In this document: piece after piece, positions 8,295 through 16,051 of the stretch
How positions within the stretch are numbered: the first letter of the stretch is position 1
How the letters are laid out: each line of letters opens with the position of its first letter
DNA from: Caedibacter taeniospiralis
GTDB lineage: Bacteria; Pseudomonadota; Gammaproteobacteria; Francisellales; Francisellaceae
Reading direction: 5' to 3'
Assembly (NCBI RefSeq): GCF_002803295.2
Contig: NZ_PGGB02000008.1
Coordinates: 30,001 to 62,000, forward strand
DNA length: 32,000 nt
The notes under the pieces: generated by a model
Databases searched by the model: none
The model's input: only the letters and a program-made list of their open reading frames with translations
What the model was told of the DNA's origin: nothing
Translations under genes and position numbers: made by a program

Positions 8295-8322
8295 GTAGGG
8301 GCGTATTGCATACGCCCTTGTG
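8295..8322. repeat. 28-bp palindromic REP-like repeat, copy 2 (argC-argF' gap)
   Basis: GTAGGGGCGTATTGCATACGCCCTTGTG; inverted relative to 3518-3545, one mismatch. Confidence 0.8.
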
Positions 8323-8375
8323 ATCAGCAATAAGGTCAATGCCAAACAATTCATTCAAAAAAACAGGAGCAAAAC

Positions 8376-9389
8376 ATGCAACAGTATTTAAGTATTAAAG
8401 ATATCGACAATATCCAGGAGGCGATTCAATCGTGCATTGAAATCAAGAAAAGCCCTCATGAGAGATCGAGTTTGGGAAAAAATAAAACACTGGGTATTAT
8501 TTTTTTAAATCCAAGCTTACGCACCAAAATTTCAACCGTTAAAGCCGCACAGAATATCGGTTTAAATGTTTTGCCGATCGATGTCAACAGCGGTTGGGCG
8601 CTTGAATTTGAAGAGGGTGTGGTGATGGATGGGGATAAGCCTGAACATATTAAAGAAGCTGCTCAAGTGATCGCCAGTTATTGCGATATGGTTGCTATTC
8701 GTTCCTTTGCAAAACTCCAAGATAGAGAGAAAGATTATCAAGAGCAAATATTTAATGCTTTTAAGAAATACACTGATTGTCCGATAGTTAATTTAGAGTC
8801 GGCATTGCGTCACCCCTTGCAAAGCCTTGCTGATATTTTGACGATTGAAGAGTACAGGAAACGTAAAAAAATAAACAGACCCAAGGTCGTATTAAGCTGG
8901 GCGCCACATGTTAATCCTTTGCCGCATGCGGTAGCAAACTCCTTTGCCGAAGCTATGCAGCTTATGGACTACGATTTTGTGATCACGCACCCTGAAGGTT
9001 ATGAACTGGATGTTGAGTTTACGGGAGGTGCGCAAATTTGCTATGACCAAGACGAAGCGCTGAAAGATGCAGATTTTATTTATGTAAAAAATTGGTCAAG
9101 CACCAAAGAGTACGGCAAAGTGACTAACAAAGACCAAAACTGGATGATCAGTGAAGCCAAACTTAACCATGCTAAGAATGCCAAGGTGATGCACTGCTTA
9201 CCAGTAAGACGCAACGTGGTGATTGCTGATGATGTGCTTGATTCTCCGCGATCTATCGTGATTGAACAAGCGGAAAACAGGCTTTACGCTGCGCAATATG
9301 TGCTATCTGAAATGGTGTCAGCGTTCAAGTATAAAGATCAAGCGGTGATAGCGACTACTGACGAGGTTTATGCAGATGGCATTAAGTAA
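8376..9389 (+). CDS. argF': N-acylornithine carbamoyltransferase, ArgF' type (predicted N-succinylornithine specificity)
   Basis: Closely resembles the Bacteroidota enzyme: LGKNKTLGIIFLNPSLRTKIST, GVVMDGDKPEHIKEAAQ, ESALRHPLQSLADILTIEEY, VVLSWAPHVNPLPHAVANSFAEAM, MHCLPVRRNVVIADDVLDSPRSIVI. Confidence 0.9.
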   Translation: MQQYLSIKDIDNIQEAIQSCIEIKKSPHERSSLGKNKTLGIIFLNPSLRTKISTVKAAQNIGLNVLPIDVNSGWALEFEEGVVMDGDKPEHIKEAAQVIASYCDMVAIRSFAKLQDREKDYQEQIFNAFKKYTDCPIVNLESALRHPLQSLADILTIEEYRKRKKINRPKVVLSWAPHVNPLPHAVANSFAEAMQLMDYDFVITHPEGYELDVEFTGGAQICYDQDEALKDADFIYVKNWSSTKEYGKVTNKDQNWMISEAKLNHAKNAKVMHCLPVRRNVVIADDVLDSPRSIVIEQAENRLYAAQYVLSEMVSAFKYKDQAVIATTDEVYADGIK

Positions 9390-10194
9390 AACGGCTAACG
9401 TGATTAAACTGGGAGGACGCGTCATGGATGATCAGTTGGAATTAAACGCATTATTAAAAGCGATTTCGCTTTGGCAACATCCGTGCATTATTATCCATGG
9501 CGGGGGTGAGCAAGTCAGTAAACTCAGCAAAGACTTAGGACTTAAACCACAATTTATCGATGGGCGGCGCGTCACGGATAAAGCTTCTTTAGAACTTGTG
9601 ATCATGATCCTTGCAGGTCTTATTAATAAAACACTGGTTGCCAAGCTTCAAGCTAATGGCGCTAATGCTTTTGGTTTAAGTGGTGTTGATGCAAATCTGT
9701 TGTTAAGCGAGAAACGCGGCATTGAAAAACACGATTTTGGCTTTGTCGGTGACATGAAGTGGGTCAATGTGAGTGTATTAATAAATATGTTAGACAGTGG
9801 TTTATTGCCCGTACTAGCACCCATCACACATAATGGCAGTGGGCAGCTGTTAAATACTAATGCCGATACGGTGGCGTATGAGGTTGCAAAGAGTATGGCA
9901 AATGTGTGCGATTACCAGGTTAGTTTGTATTACTGCATGGATTTGCCTGGAGTGTGTGAGAGCGTAGAAAATCCGCAATCATTGATTGAAGAGCTTGATC
10001 TAAGAGGCTATCAGGATTTGCGCACGCAGGGCAAAATTCATCAGGGGATGCTGGTAAAGCTTGAAAATTGCTTTAGTGCGATAGAGTCTGGGGTCAATAA
10101 AGTCGTGATCAGTAATGCACAAAATATAGCAAAAGCGTTGGTGAATGAACCACATAAGGCAACCACGATACAATTAAAAGAGGCAGTGAATTAA
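9370..10194 (+). CDS. argB: N-acylglutamate kinase (Bacteroidota-like ArgB)
   Basis: VIKLGGRVMDD, CIIIHGGGEQVSKLSKDLGLKPQFIDGRRVTDKASLELVIMILAGLINKTLVAKLQ, GFVGDM, LPVLAPITHNGSGQLLNTNADTVA. Confidence 0.9.
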   Translation: MQMALSKTANVIKLGGRVMDDQLELNALLKAISLWQHPCIIIHGGGEQVSKLSKDLGLKPQFIDGRRVTDKASLELVIMILAGLINKTLVAKLQANGANAFGLSGVDANLLLSEKRGIEKHDFGFVGDMKWVNVSVLINMLDSGLLPVLAPITHNGSGQLLNTNADTVAYEVAKSMANVCDYQVSLYYCMDLPGVCESVENPQSLIEELDLRGYQDLRTQGKIHQGMLVKLENCFSAIESGVNKVVISNAQNIAKALVNEPHKATTIQLKEAVN

Positions 10195-11310
10195 ATGGAA
10201 ACTGAAGTTTTAGCCCTGGAAGCATTGCGCGCGCAGATAGCCGAAAAACAGCAGCAAGCGTTAAATTTATTAACGTCTTTAATAGGAATTCCATCGATTT
10301 CAACCGAAGAAGAAAAAAGTGCGCTGTTTATTCAGGCGTGGTTAGCAAAGCATAAGATTCCATCCACGCTTATTGGCAATAATGTCTGTGCTAAAAATAA
10401 GTATTTTGATCAAGAGAAACCTTCGATTTTATTGTTATCTCATCACGATACCGTGCCACCTGCTAAGAGTTACACGCGTGACCCCTATCATGCCGAAATG
10501 ATCGAGGGCAAATTATACGGTTTAGGCGCTAACGACGCAGGGGGAGCATTGGTAAGCCTAATCACGGCATTTACCCACTTTTACAACATGCAAAACTTAC
10601 CCTTTAATCTCTTGTTGTGTGCAGCTGCGGAAGAGGAAATTTCTGGCAAAAATGGCGCCGAGCTTGCTTTGCCTTTTTTTGGTGAAATCGACTTTGCCAT
10701 CGTCGGTGAGCCCACGAGTATGGAGCTTGCTGTCAGTGAAAAGGGACTCATGGTGTGCGATTGTGTGGCGCATGGCAAAACAGGGCACGCCGCACGCAAT
10801 GAGGGAGATAATGCGATATTAAAAGCCGTTAGCGACATTAACTGGATCACAGGTTATCAGTTTGAAAAAACCTCGCCAACCTTGGGTGTGGTGAAGATGA
10901 GCGTGACGGTGATAGAGGCGGGAGTAAAACACAATGTCGTGCCAGAGAAATGCCATTTTGTTGTCGATGTGAGAACGACAGACGCCTACGGCAATGAAGA
11001 AATATTGGCGATCATGCGTCAATATATGTGCGCGGAAATCACGCCAAGATCAATGAGAATTAGACCCACGGCAACCCCACTTGATCATCCACTGATGCAA
11101 GCGCTTTTGGCTAAAAATATCAAATCTTACGGTTCACCAACCACGTCAGATCAAGCGATACTGAATTGCCCAAGCGTTAAATTTTCACCTGGGGATTCAA
11201 AGCGCTCACACAGTGCCGATGAGTTTATTTATGTTGCACAAATTAACGAAGGCGTGCAGTTTTTTATTGAATTTTTTCATGAACTAAAGGATCAACCATG
11301 GCGGAAGTAA
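10195..11310 (+). CDS. argE: M20-family N-acylornithine deacylase
   Basis: SLIGIPSISTEEE, ILLLSHHDTVPP, YGLGANDAGGALVSLI, LLCAAAEEEISGKNG, AIVGEPTSMELAVSEKGLM, HGKTGHAAR, FSPGDSKRSHSADEFI. Confidence 0.9.
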   Translation: METEVLALEALRAQIAEKQQQALNLLTSLIGIPSISTEEEKSALFIQAWLAKHKIPSTLIGNNVCAKNKYFDQEKPSILLLSHHDTVPPAKSYTRDPYHAEMIEGKLYGLGANDAGGALVSLITAFTHFYNMQNLPFNLLLCAAAEEEISGKNGAELALPFFGEIDFAIVGEPTSMELAVSEKGLMVCDCVAHGKTGHAARNEGDNAILKAVSDINWITGYQFEKTSPTLGVVKMSVTVIEAGVKHNVVPEKCHFVVDVRTTDAYGNEEILAIMRQYMCAEITPRSMRIRPTATPLDHPLMQALLAKNIKSYGSPTTSDQAILNCPSVKFSPGDSKRSHSADEFIYVAQINEGVQFFIEFFHELKDQPWRK

Positions 11311-12713
11311 ATGAGAATATACAGCACAGGCAAAAATTATGGGGAGGGCGTTTTACGGAAGAAAATAACCCTTTGTTTGTGCGCTTTAATGAGTCATTAA
11401 GCGTTGATTATCGACTGCTGCCCCATGATATAAAAGCCACCAAGGCATTTACACAAGCTTTGAGTGAGATAGCCGTTTTGTCAGAGAAAGAGTTGCATAA
11501 GCTGCATCAGGCACTGGATGAAATCGAGAAAGAAACTCGTGAAAATCCATCATTAATCCAACAAGCAATCTATGATGGCGTTGAGGATGTCCATACTTTT
11601 GTTGAGCAAAGCTTAGTGGATAAGATAGGAGAGCTTGCCTACAAGGCAAATACAGGGCGCTCACGCAATGAACAGGTTTCATGCGCCACAAGATTATGGG
11701 TGCTTGAGCACATTGATATATTGCTCCATTTAACCAAAGCCTTACAAAATGCGTTGGTTGAACAGGCACAAGAAAACATTGATGTGGTTGTCATGGGTTA
11801 TACCCATTTACAGCAAGCACAACCGATTACCTGGGGGCATTATTTTTTATCGTTTTATGAGATGTTTAAGCGTGATTGCGCACGCCTTTTAGATGTGAAA
11901 AAGCGCGTAAATATTTCACCACTAGGCATGGGGGCGATTGCAGGTAATTCATGGAATCTTGATCGCAAGAAAATGGCTGAAAACCTTGGATTTGCTGATA
12001 TTGTGCAAAACAGCTTAGATGCGGTAAGTGATCGCGATTATATTATTGAGCTTTTAGCGAATATTAGCTTGATTGGCGTACATTTAAGCCGCTTCGCAGA
12101 AGATATGATTATCTATTCAAGTAGTGAATTTAACCTGGTTGAAATGAGTGATTTGGTGGCGACGGGTTCATCGTTGATGCCGCAAAAGAAAAACCCGGAT
12201 GCGATGGAGCTCATACGCGGTAAAGCAGGACGCTTAAACGGATATCTCATTGCACTTTTAACAACAGTTAAAGGATTGCCATCGGGCTATAACAAGGATT
12301 TACAAGAGGACAAAGAAGCCTTATTTTTGGCGGTTGACAGTGTAAGCAACATGATTAAGGTGACAACGATCACCGTTCAAAGCTTAACTATTAAGCGTAA
12401 TAAAAACTATGATCATAGCTTGTGTGTGGCAACTGAACTTGCGGATTATCTTGCCAGAAAGGGGATTCCCTTTAGAAAAGCACACCATATCGTCGGACAG
12501 CTTACAGCTTACGCTTTGGCTTGTAGCAAGTCATTAAGCCAGTTGAGTCTTGGCGAATTTCGACAGTTTTCAGCTGAGATTAAAGAGGATGTTTATCCAA
12601 TATTAACGATTGACTCAGCCATTAACAGCAAAACAGCCATTGGCGGCACAGCAGTTGCAAATGTTGCGCTAGCCATAGCAGAAATTAACAGGGATATTGA
12701 AAACGGGATGTAA
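11298..12713 (+). CDS. argH: Argininosuccinate lyase
   Basis: KLWGGRF, TGRSRNEQV, GYTHLQQAQPITWGHYFLSFYEM, GSSLMPQKKNPDAMELIRGKAGR, GGTAVANV. Overlaps the argE stop by 13 nt. Confidence 0.95.
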   Translation: MAEVNENIQHRQKLWGGRFTEENNPLFVRFNESLSVDYRLLPHDIKATKAFTQALSEIAVLSEKELHKLHQALDEIEKETRENPSLIQQAIYDGVEDVHTFVEQSLVDKIGELAYKANTGRSRNEQVSCATRLWVLEHIDILLHLTKALQNALVEQAQENIDVVVMGYTHLQQAQPITWGHYFLSFYEMFKRDCARLLDVKKRVNISPLGMGAIAGNSWNLDRKKMAENLGFADIVQNSLDAVSDRDYIIELLANISLIGVHLSRFAEDMIIYSSSEFNLVEMSDLVATGSSLMPQKKNPDAMELIRGKAGRLNGYLIALLTTVKGLPSGYNKDLQEDKEALFLAVDSVSNMIKVTTITVQSLTIKRNKNYDHSLCVATELADYLARKGIPFRKAHHIVGQLTAYALACSKSLSQLSLGEFRQFSAEIKEDVYPILTIDSAINSKTAIGGTAVANVALAIAEINRDIENGM

Positions 12714-12764
12714 CGCAAGTTGTATATCCATCGTAAATCATTTTTCAGACTTAATTGCGGGTAA

Positions 12765-13247
12765 CTAAAAATAGTGCGGTGAACTTTGCGTTTGCAAAGT
12801 TGCTTGAAGCACCATTGCATCTTCATGCTTATCACCAACGCGATAATAGTTTTTACGTATGGAAATCTGCTGAAAGCCATATTTTTTATAAATACTGATA
12901 GCAGGAATATTACTTACCCTTACTTCAAGAAAAAGTTTTTCAGTCTGTTTGTACGACAAATGATTCATTAAATAAGCTAACAGCCTCTGACCAAATCCTT
13001 GGTGTTGGTAGTGTTTTGCCACCGAAAAATTCAAGATTTCAGCTTCATCAAAAATGACGGATACAATCACAAACGCAATCAGGTGGTTATTTAAATCAAA
13101 AAGCCCCCACGTCTCCGTATGAGCGGAGAGAATACTGTCTTTCATTTGCGATGCCGACCATGGATATTCAAATACCTCACGCTCAATATCCATGATTTGT
13201 GGCAAATGATTTTCACTTAGGGGCAAAATCTGATACTGCATAGACAC
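12765..13247 (-). CDS. rimI: Ribosomal protein bS18 alanine N-acetyltransferase RimI
   Basis: GNAT fold: FEYPWSASQMKDSI, AEILNFSVAKHYQHQGFGQRLL, LEVRVSNIPAISIYKKYGF, RKNYYRVG..EDAMVL; adjacent holD supports it. Confidence 0.88.
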   Translation of the reverse strand: MSMQYQILPLSENHLPQIMDIEREVFEYPWSASQMKDSILSAHTETWGLFDLNNHLIAFVIVSVIFDEAEILNFSVAKHYQHQGFGQRLLAYLMNHLSYKQTEKLFLEVRVSNIPAISIYKKYGFQQISIRKNYYRVGDKHEDAMVLQATLQTQSSPHYF

Positions 13248-13635
13248 TCATCATCGTTTGTTTTTTAACCTCTGCACAATTTAACTTATCAATGTTGATT
13301 GCAAAGCTTCCTGCATGCGGGTTTTCATCGAGGAAGTTTGCCAAGTCCAAGCTTTCATCATAAAGAATTATTGTGTTTGAAGCGATCACTTTTTCCAGCG
13401 CTTTATCATTTACCTCTATATAGCACACATCCTTGCATGAAAACATAGCCTTTAGGAAGGTAGAAAGTAACGTTTCTTGAGATGCTAAGCACAAAATAAC
13501 ACATAGCTTATTTGTGTCGACCATATGTGCGTGGCTGACAAATTCAGCATTATTTTTCTTTTGCCGTTTTACCTGCCATTGCGTAATACTCAAATGCTGT
13601 AAAATCGCGTATTGTCTCTCTCCCTTGGTCATCAA
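13213..13635 (-). CDS. holD: DNA polymerase III psi subunit
   Basis: AILQHLSITQWQVKRQ resembles the HolD N-terminus (LQQLGITQWSLRRP) and sits directly upstream of rimI, the usual gammaproteobacterial arrangement. Confidence 0.6.
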   Translation of the reverse strand: MMTKGERQYAILQHLSITQWQVKRQKKNNAEFVSHAHMVDTNKLCVILCLASQETLLSTFLKAMFSCKDVCYIEVNDKALEKVIASNTIILYDESLDLANFLDENPHAGSFAINIDKLNCAEVKKQTMMSVYAVSDFAPK

Positions 13636-13638
13636 TGA

Positions 13639-13995
13639 TTAAATTCCAATGCTTGATAATAAATTACAAATGGAACGCACAGCGTGCGTAACCCTGGGGT
13701 GGCTAGCTTCGTATTCGATTATTGCCTGTTCCAAATCACTAAAATCAGTCTCTTTGGGATCCTGCAATTTACTCACTTGGATTCTTTGCTTCACCAAGTC
13801 TGCGATTTCAATTGCTTGAGCCTTTTTTTCCTGAGGAAGACTCTCTAGTTCAGCTTGCAATTGATCTAGGAGATCGGATAGATTTTCTATATCGGAAAAA
13901 TTAAGTTTATCTGAATTTTTGAGTATCGCTTTAATCTCAGTAATCGTATCTTTTGGCATACTTTGACTCCAGGTCCAACGGTTAGGTTGTTTCAT
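13639..13995 (-). CDS. Small DUF4404-like coiled-coil protein
   Basis: LSDLLDQLQAELESLPQEKKAQ...LEQAIIEYEASHPRVTHAVRSICNLLSSIGI; ExxHPxLxxxLRxIxxxLxxxGI ending typical of the family. Confidence 0.5.
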   Translation of the reverse strand: MKQPNRWTWSQSMPKDTITEIKAILKNSDKLNFSDIENLSDLLDQLQAELESLPQEKKAQAIEIADLVKQRIQVSKLQDPKETDFSDLEQAIIEYEASHPRVTHAVRSICNLLSSIGI

Positions 13996-14029
13996 TCTAT
14001 GGGCAAAAGGGGGTGTTTGACAATTAGCT

Positions 14030-15019
14030 TCAAGGGAATAAATTAATTTTATTTGGACAACGCAAAATACTATCGTAATTATGCAGGTTATACTTCTCTA
14101 CAAGACGCTTACAAACTTCAATTGCTCTTAATGAATTCCCATGCTTATCCAGTCTTGGAGAATAGATGGCAATACCCATCCTATCTGGCACAACTACGTA
14201 AATCCCCCCAGACACCCCACTTTTTGCAGGCAACCCGATTGAAAACGCCCATTCTCCCGAATAGTCATACATGCCGCAGGAATACATCAAAGATAAACAG
14301 TTTTTTGTCGTCTCAGGCTTAAAAACTTCTCTACGTGTCAATGGGCAACTTCCCGCATTGGCAAAACCTGCTGCAATAACTGAAAGAACCTCAGTATTTA
14401 ACTCGATTGAACACGCCTGAAAATATAGATTAAGCGTCTGATGCAGATCGGTATTTTTAGGGAACGCATGATGTTCGCGCATGAAATAACCCAAAGCATA
14501 ATTACGATCTGCCGTGTCCTTTTCTGAATTATATACCGCATTGTTAAAGGTGATCTTTTGACTATTACTCAACTCATGTAATGCTTTCATAATATGATTA
14601 AACTTACTCGCGGGATTCGCTTTGCGTTTGATCATGGAGCATGACATAATCGCTCCTGCATTAATCATTGGATTATGTGGCAACCCTTCGTCATTGAGTG
14701 TCAGCTCATTGAAGTTTTTTCCACTAGGTTCGCGACCCACATGCTTATGCACATGACTCAATCCATTTTCCTCCAACGCCAGTGCATACAGCACAGGCTT
14801 CACCATCGATTGCATGCAAAAGCGCGCCTTATAATCCCCCACACTAAACTGCTGACCATCTGTCGTGCATACAGAAATAGCAAACTGCTCAGGGTTCACT
14901 TTTTTAAGTTCTGGAATATAACTTGCCACTTTGCCACTTTTATTTAATTGCAGATCCTGGTAAATCTCTGCCAAATAGCCACAAAAATCCTTGAAGTTGA
15001 CTGACATTATCACACGCAT
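14030..15019 (-). CDS. glsA: Glutaminase with eukaryote-type (mitochondrial GLS-like) signatures
   Basis: GKVASYIPEL, FCMQSMVKPVLYALALEENG, HVGREPSGKNFNELTLNDEGLPHNPMINAGAIM, LSLMYSCGMYDYSGEWAFSIGLPAKSGVSGGIYVVVP, KYNLHNYDSI. ATG at 15007 is a likely alternative start. Confidence 0.92.
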   Translation of the reverse strand: MRVIMSVNFKDFCGYLAEIYQDLQLNKSGKVASYIPELKKVNPEQFAISVCTTDGQQFSVGDYKARFCMQSMVKPVLYALALEENGLSHVHKHVGREPSGKNFNELTLNDEGLPHNPMINAGAIMSCSMIKRKANPASKFNHIMKALHELSNSQKITFNNAVYNSEKDTADRNYALGYFMREHHAFPKNTDLHQTLNLYFQACSIELNTEVLSVIAAGFANAGSCPLTRREVFKPETTKNCLSLMYSCGMYDYSGEWAFSIGLPAKSGVSGGIYVVVPDRMGIAIYSPRLDKHGNSLRAIEVCKRLVEKYNLHNYDSILRCPNKINLFP

Positions 15020-15112
15020 TTCTAATATTGAAAATGCACCTTATTCTACTTCAATATTTTTATTTTGAAAGCGCTGTTATGTTCTGTTAAACATTTTGCA
15101 CCCCGAACAACA

Positions 15113-15514
15113 TTATAGCGACGGTGAAAAACAGCGTTGAGTTAAATAGAACCCAATAGCAACAGCGATAAGTGAAATGACAACGCTCAGCACAATATAG
15201 CTCAACGCCTTTAACCATTCGCCTTTTTGCAGCAACATCAGCGTGTCTAAGCTGAAACTTGAAAAGGTGGTAAAACCACCCAAAAAACCTGTCACCACCA
15301 AGGCGCGCAAATGGTGCGTTGCCATGTTTAGAAAAAAACGCTCTTGCAACAAAAGGGCTGCCATGACCCCAATGAGCAGGCATCCGACCACATTGATAAA
15401 TAAAATACCAAATGGGAAAGACCTGCCTAAGTATTTAGCCGCCAACTCAGCAACCCAGAAACGGCTGATTGAACCTAAACTACCACCTAGACCAACTAAC
15501 AACACAGCTAACAT
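15113..15514 (-). CDS. crcB: Fluoride exporter CrcB/Fluc
   Basis: VGLGGSLGSISRFWV, FPFGILFINVVGCLLIG, TGFLGGFTTFSSFSLDTLML; SD AAAGGAG before the ATG; fluoride riboswitch immediately upstream. Confidence 0.93.
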   Translation of the reverse strand: MLAVLLVGLGGSLGSISRFWVAELAAKYLGRSFPFGILFINVVGCLLIGVMAALLLQERFFLNMATHHLRALVVTGFLGGFTTFSSFSLDTLMLLQKGEWLKALSYIVLSVVISLIAVAIGFYLTQRCFSPSL

Positions 15515-15545
15515 AACGATTCTCCTTTAAGTTTTTTTAAAAAAA

Positions 15546-15619
15546 CAGACGTCATCAATCTTAAAGGATGGTTTAAGCCAGAACGTTTAAGCTCAGCCTG
15601 GGAAGAACGTCATTTCCCC
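15546..15619 (-). promoter_or_regulatory. Fluoride riboswitch (crcB RNA motif) in the crcB leader
   Basis: Minus strand GGGAA-AU-GACGU-UC-UUCCC ... AAAC ... UUGAUG-ACGUC. Pseudoknot GGGAA (15614-15618)/UUCCC (15600-15604), P1 GACGU (15607-15611)/ACGUC (15548-15552), UGAUG (15553-15557). The 9-nt loop AUGACGUUC has the same length and layout as AUGGCAUUC in the Pseudomonas syringae aptamer. It lies about 34 nt upstream of the crcB ATG. Confidence 0.85.
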
Positions 15620-15696
15620 AGCGCAATGCTACCATAAAAATTTTATGCTACACAATCAATTCTTACAGTAAAAAAATGTGCATAACTCCAGTAATT

Positions 15697-16047
15697 TTAA
15701 ACCTGATGCAGACCATCCTTTCTGATAAATCGTCCACCAAGAATATGATAGTGTAAATGAAAAATGGTTTGACCACCCGCTCTTCCTGTATTAATTAGCG
15801 TTTTAAAGCCAGCATTCAAACCTAATGTTTCCGCAAGTTTAGGAATGGCAAGATTGATCTTTCCAACAAGTTCTAAATCCTTTTCTTCAACATGGTTTAA
15901 GCTATCAATGTGTTTTTTGGGAACGACCAGCACGTGCGTTTCAGCAACTGGAAAGGCATCGTGAAAGGCTAGAATATCACTGTCTTCATAGACTTTCTGC
16001 GTGTTTATTTCACCTCTAATAATTTTACAAAAAATACAATCGCTCAT
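15697..16047 (-). CDS. hinT: HIT family purine nucleoside phosphoramidase (HinT-like)
   Basis: DCIFCKIIRGEI, AFHDAFPVAETHVLVVPKKHI, HLHYHILGG histidine triad. Confidence 0.92.
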   Translation of the reverse strand: MSDCIFCKIIRGEINTQKVYEDSDILAFHDAFPVAETHVLVVPKKHIDSLNHVEEKDLELVGKINLAIPKLAETLGLNAGFKTLINTGRAGGQTIFHLHYHILGGRFIRKDGLHQV

Positions 16048-16051
16048 TGTT

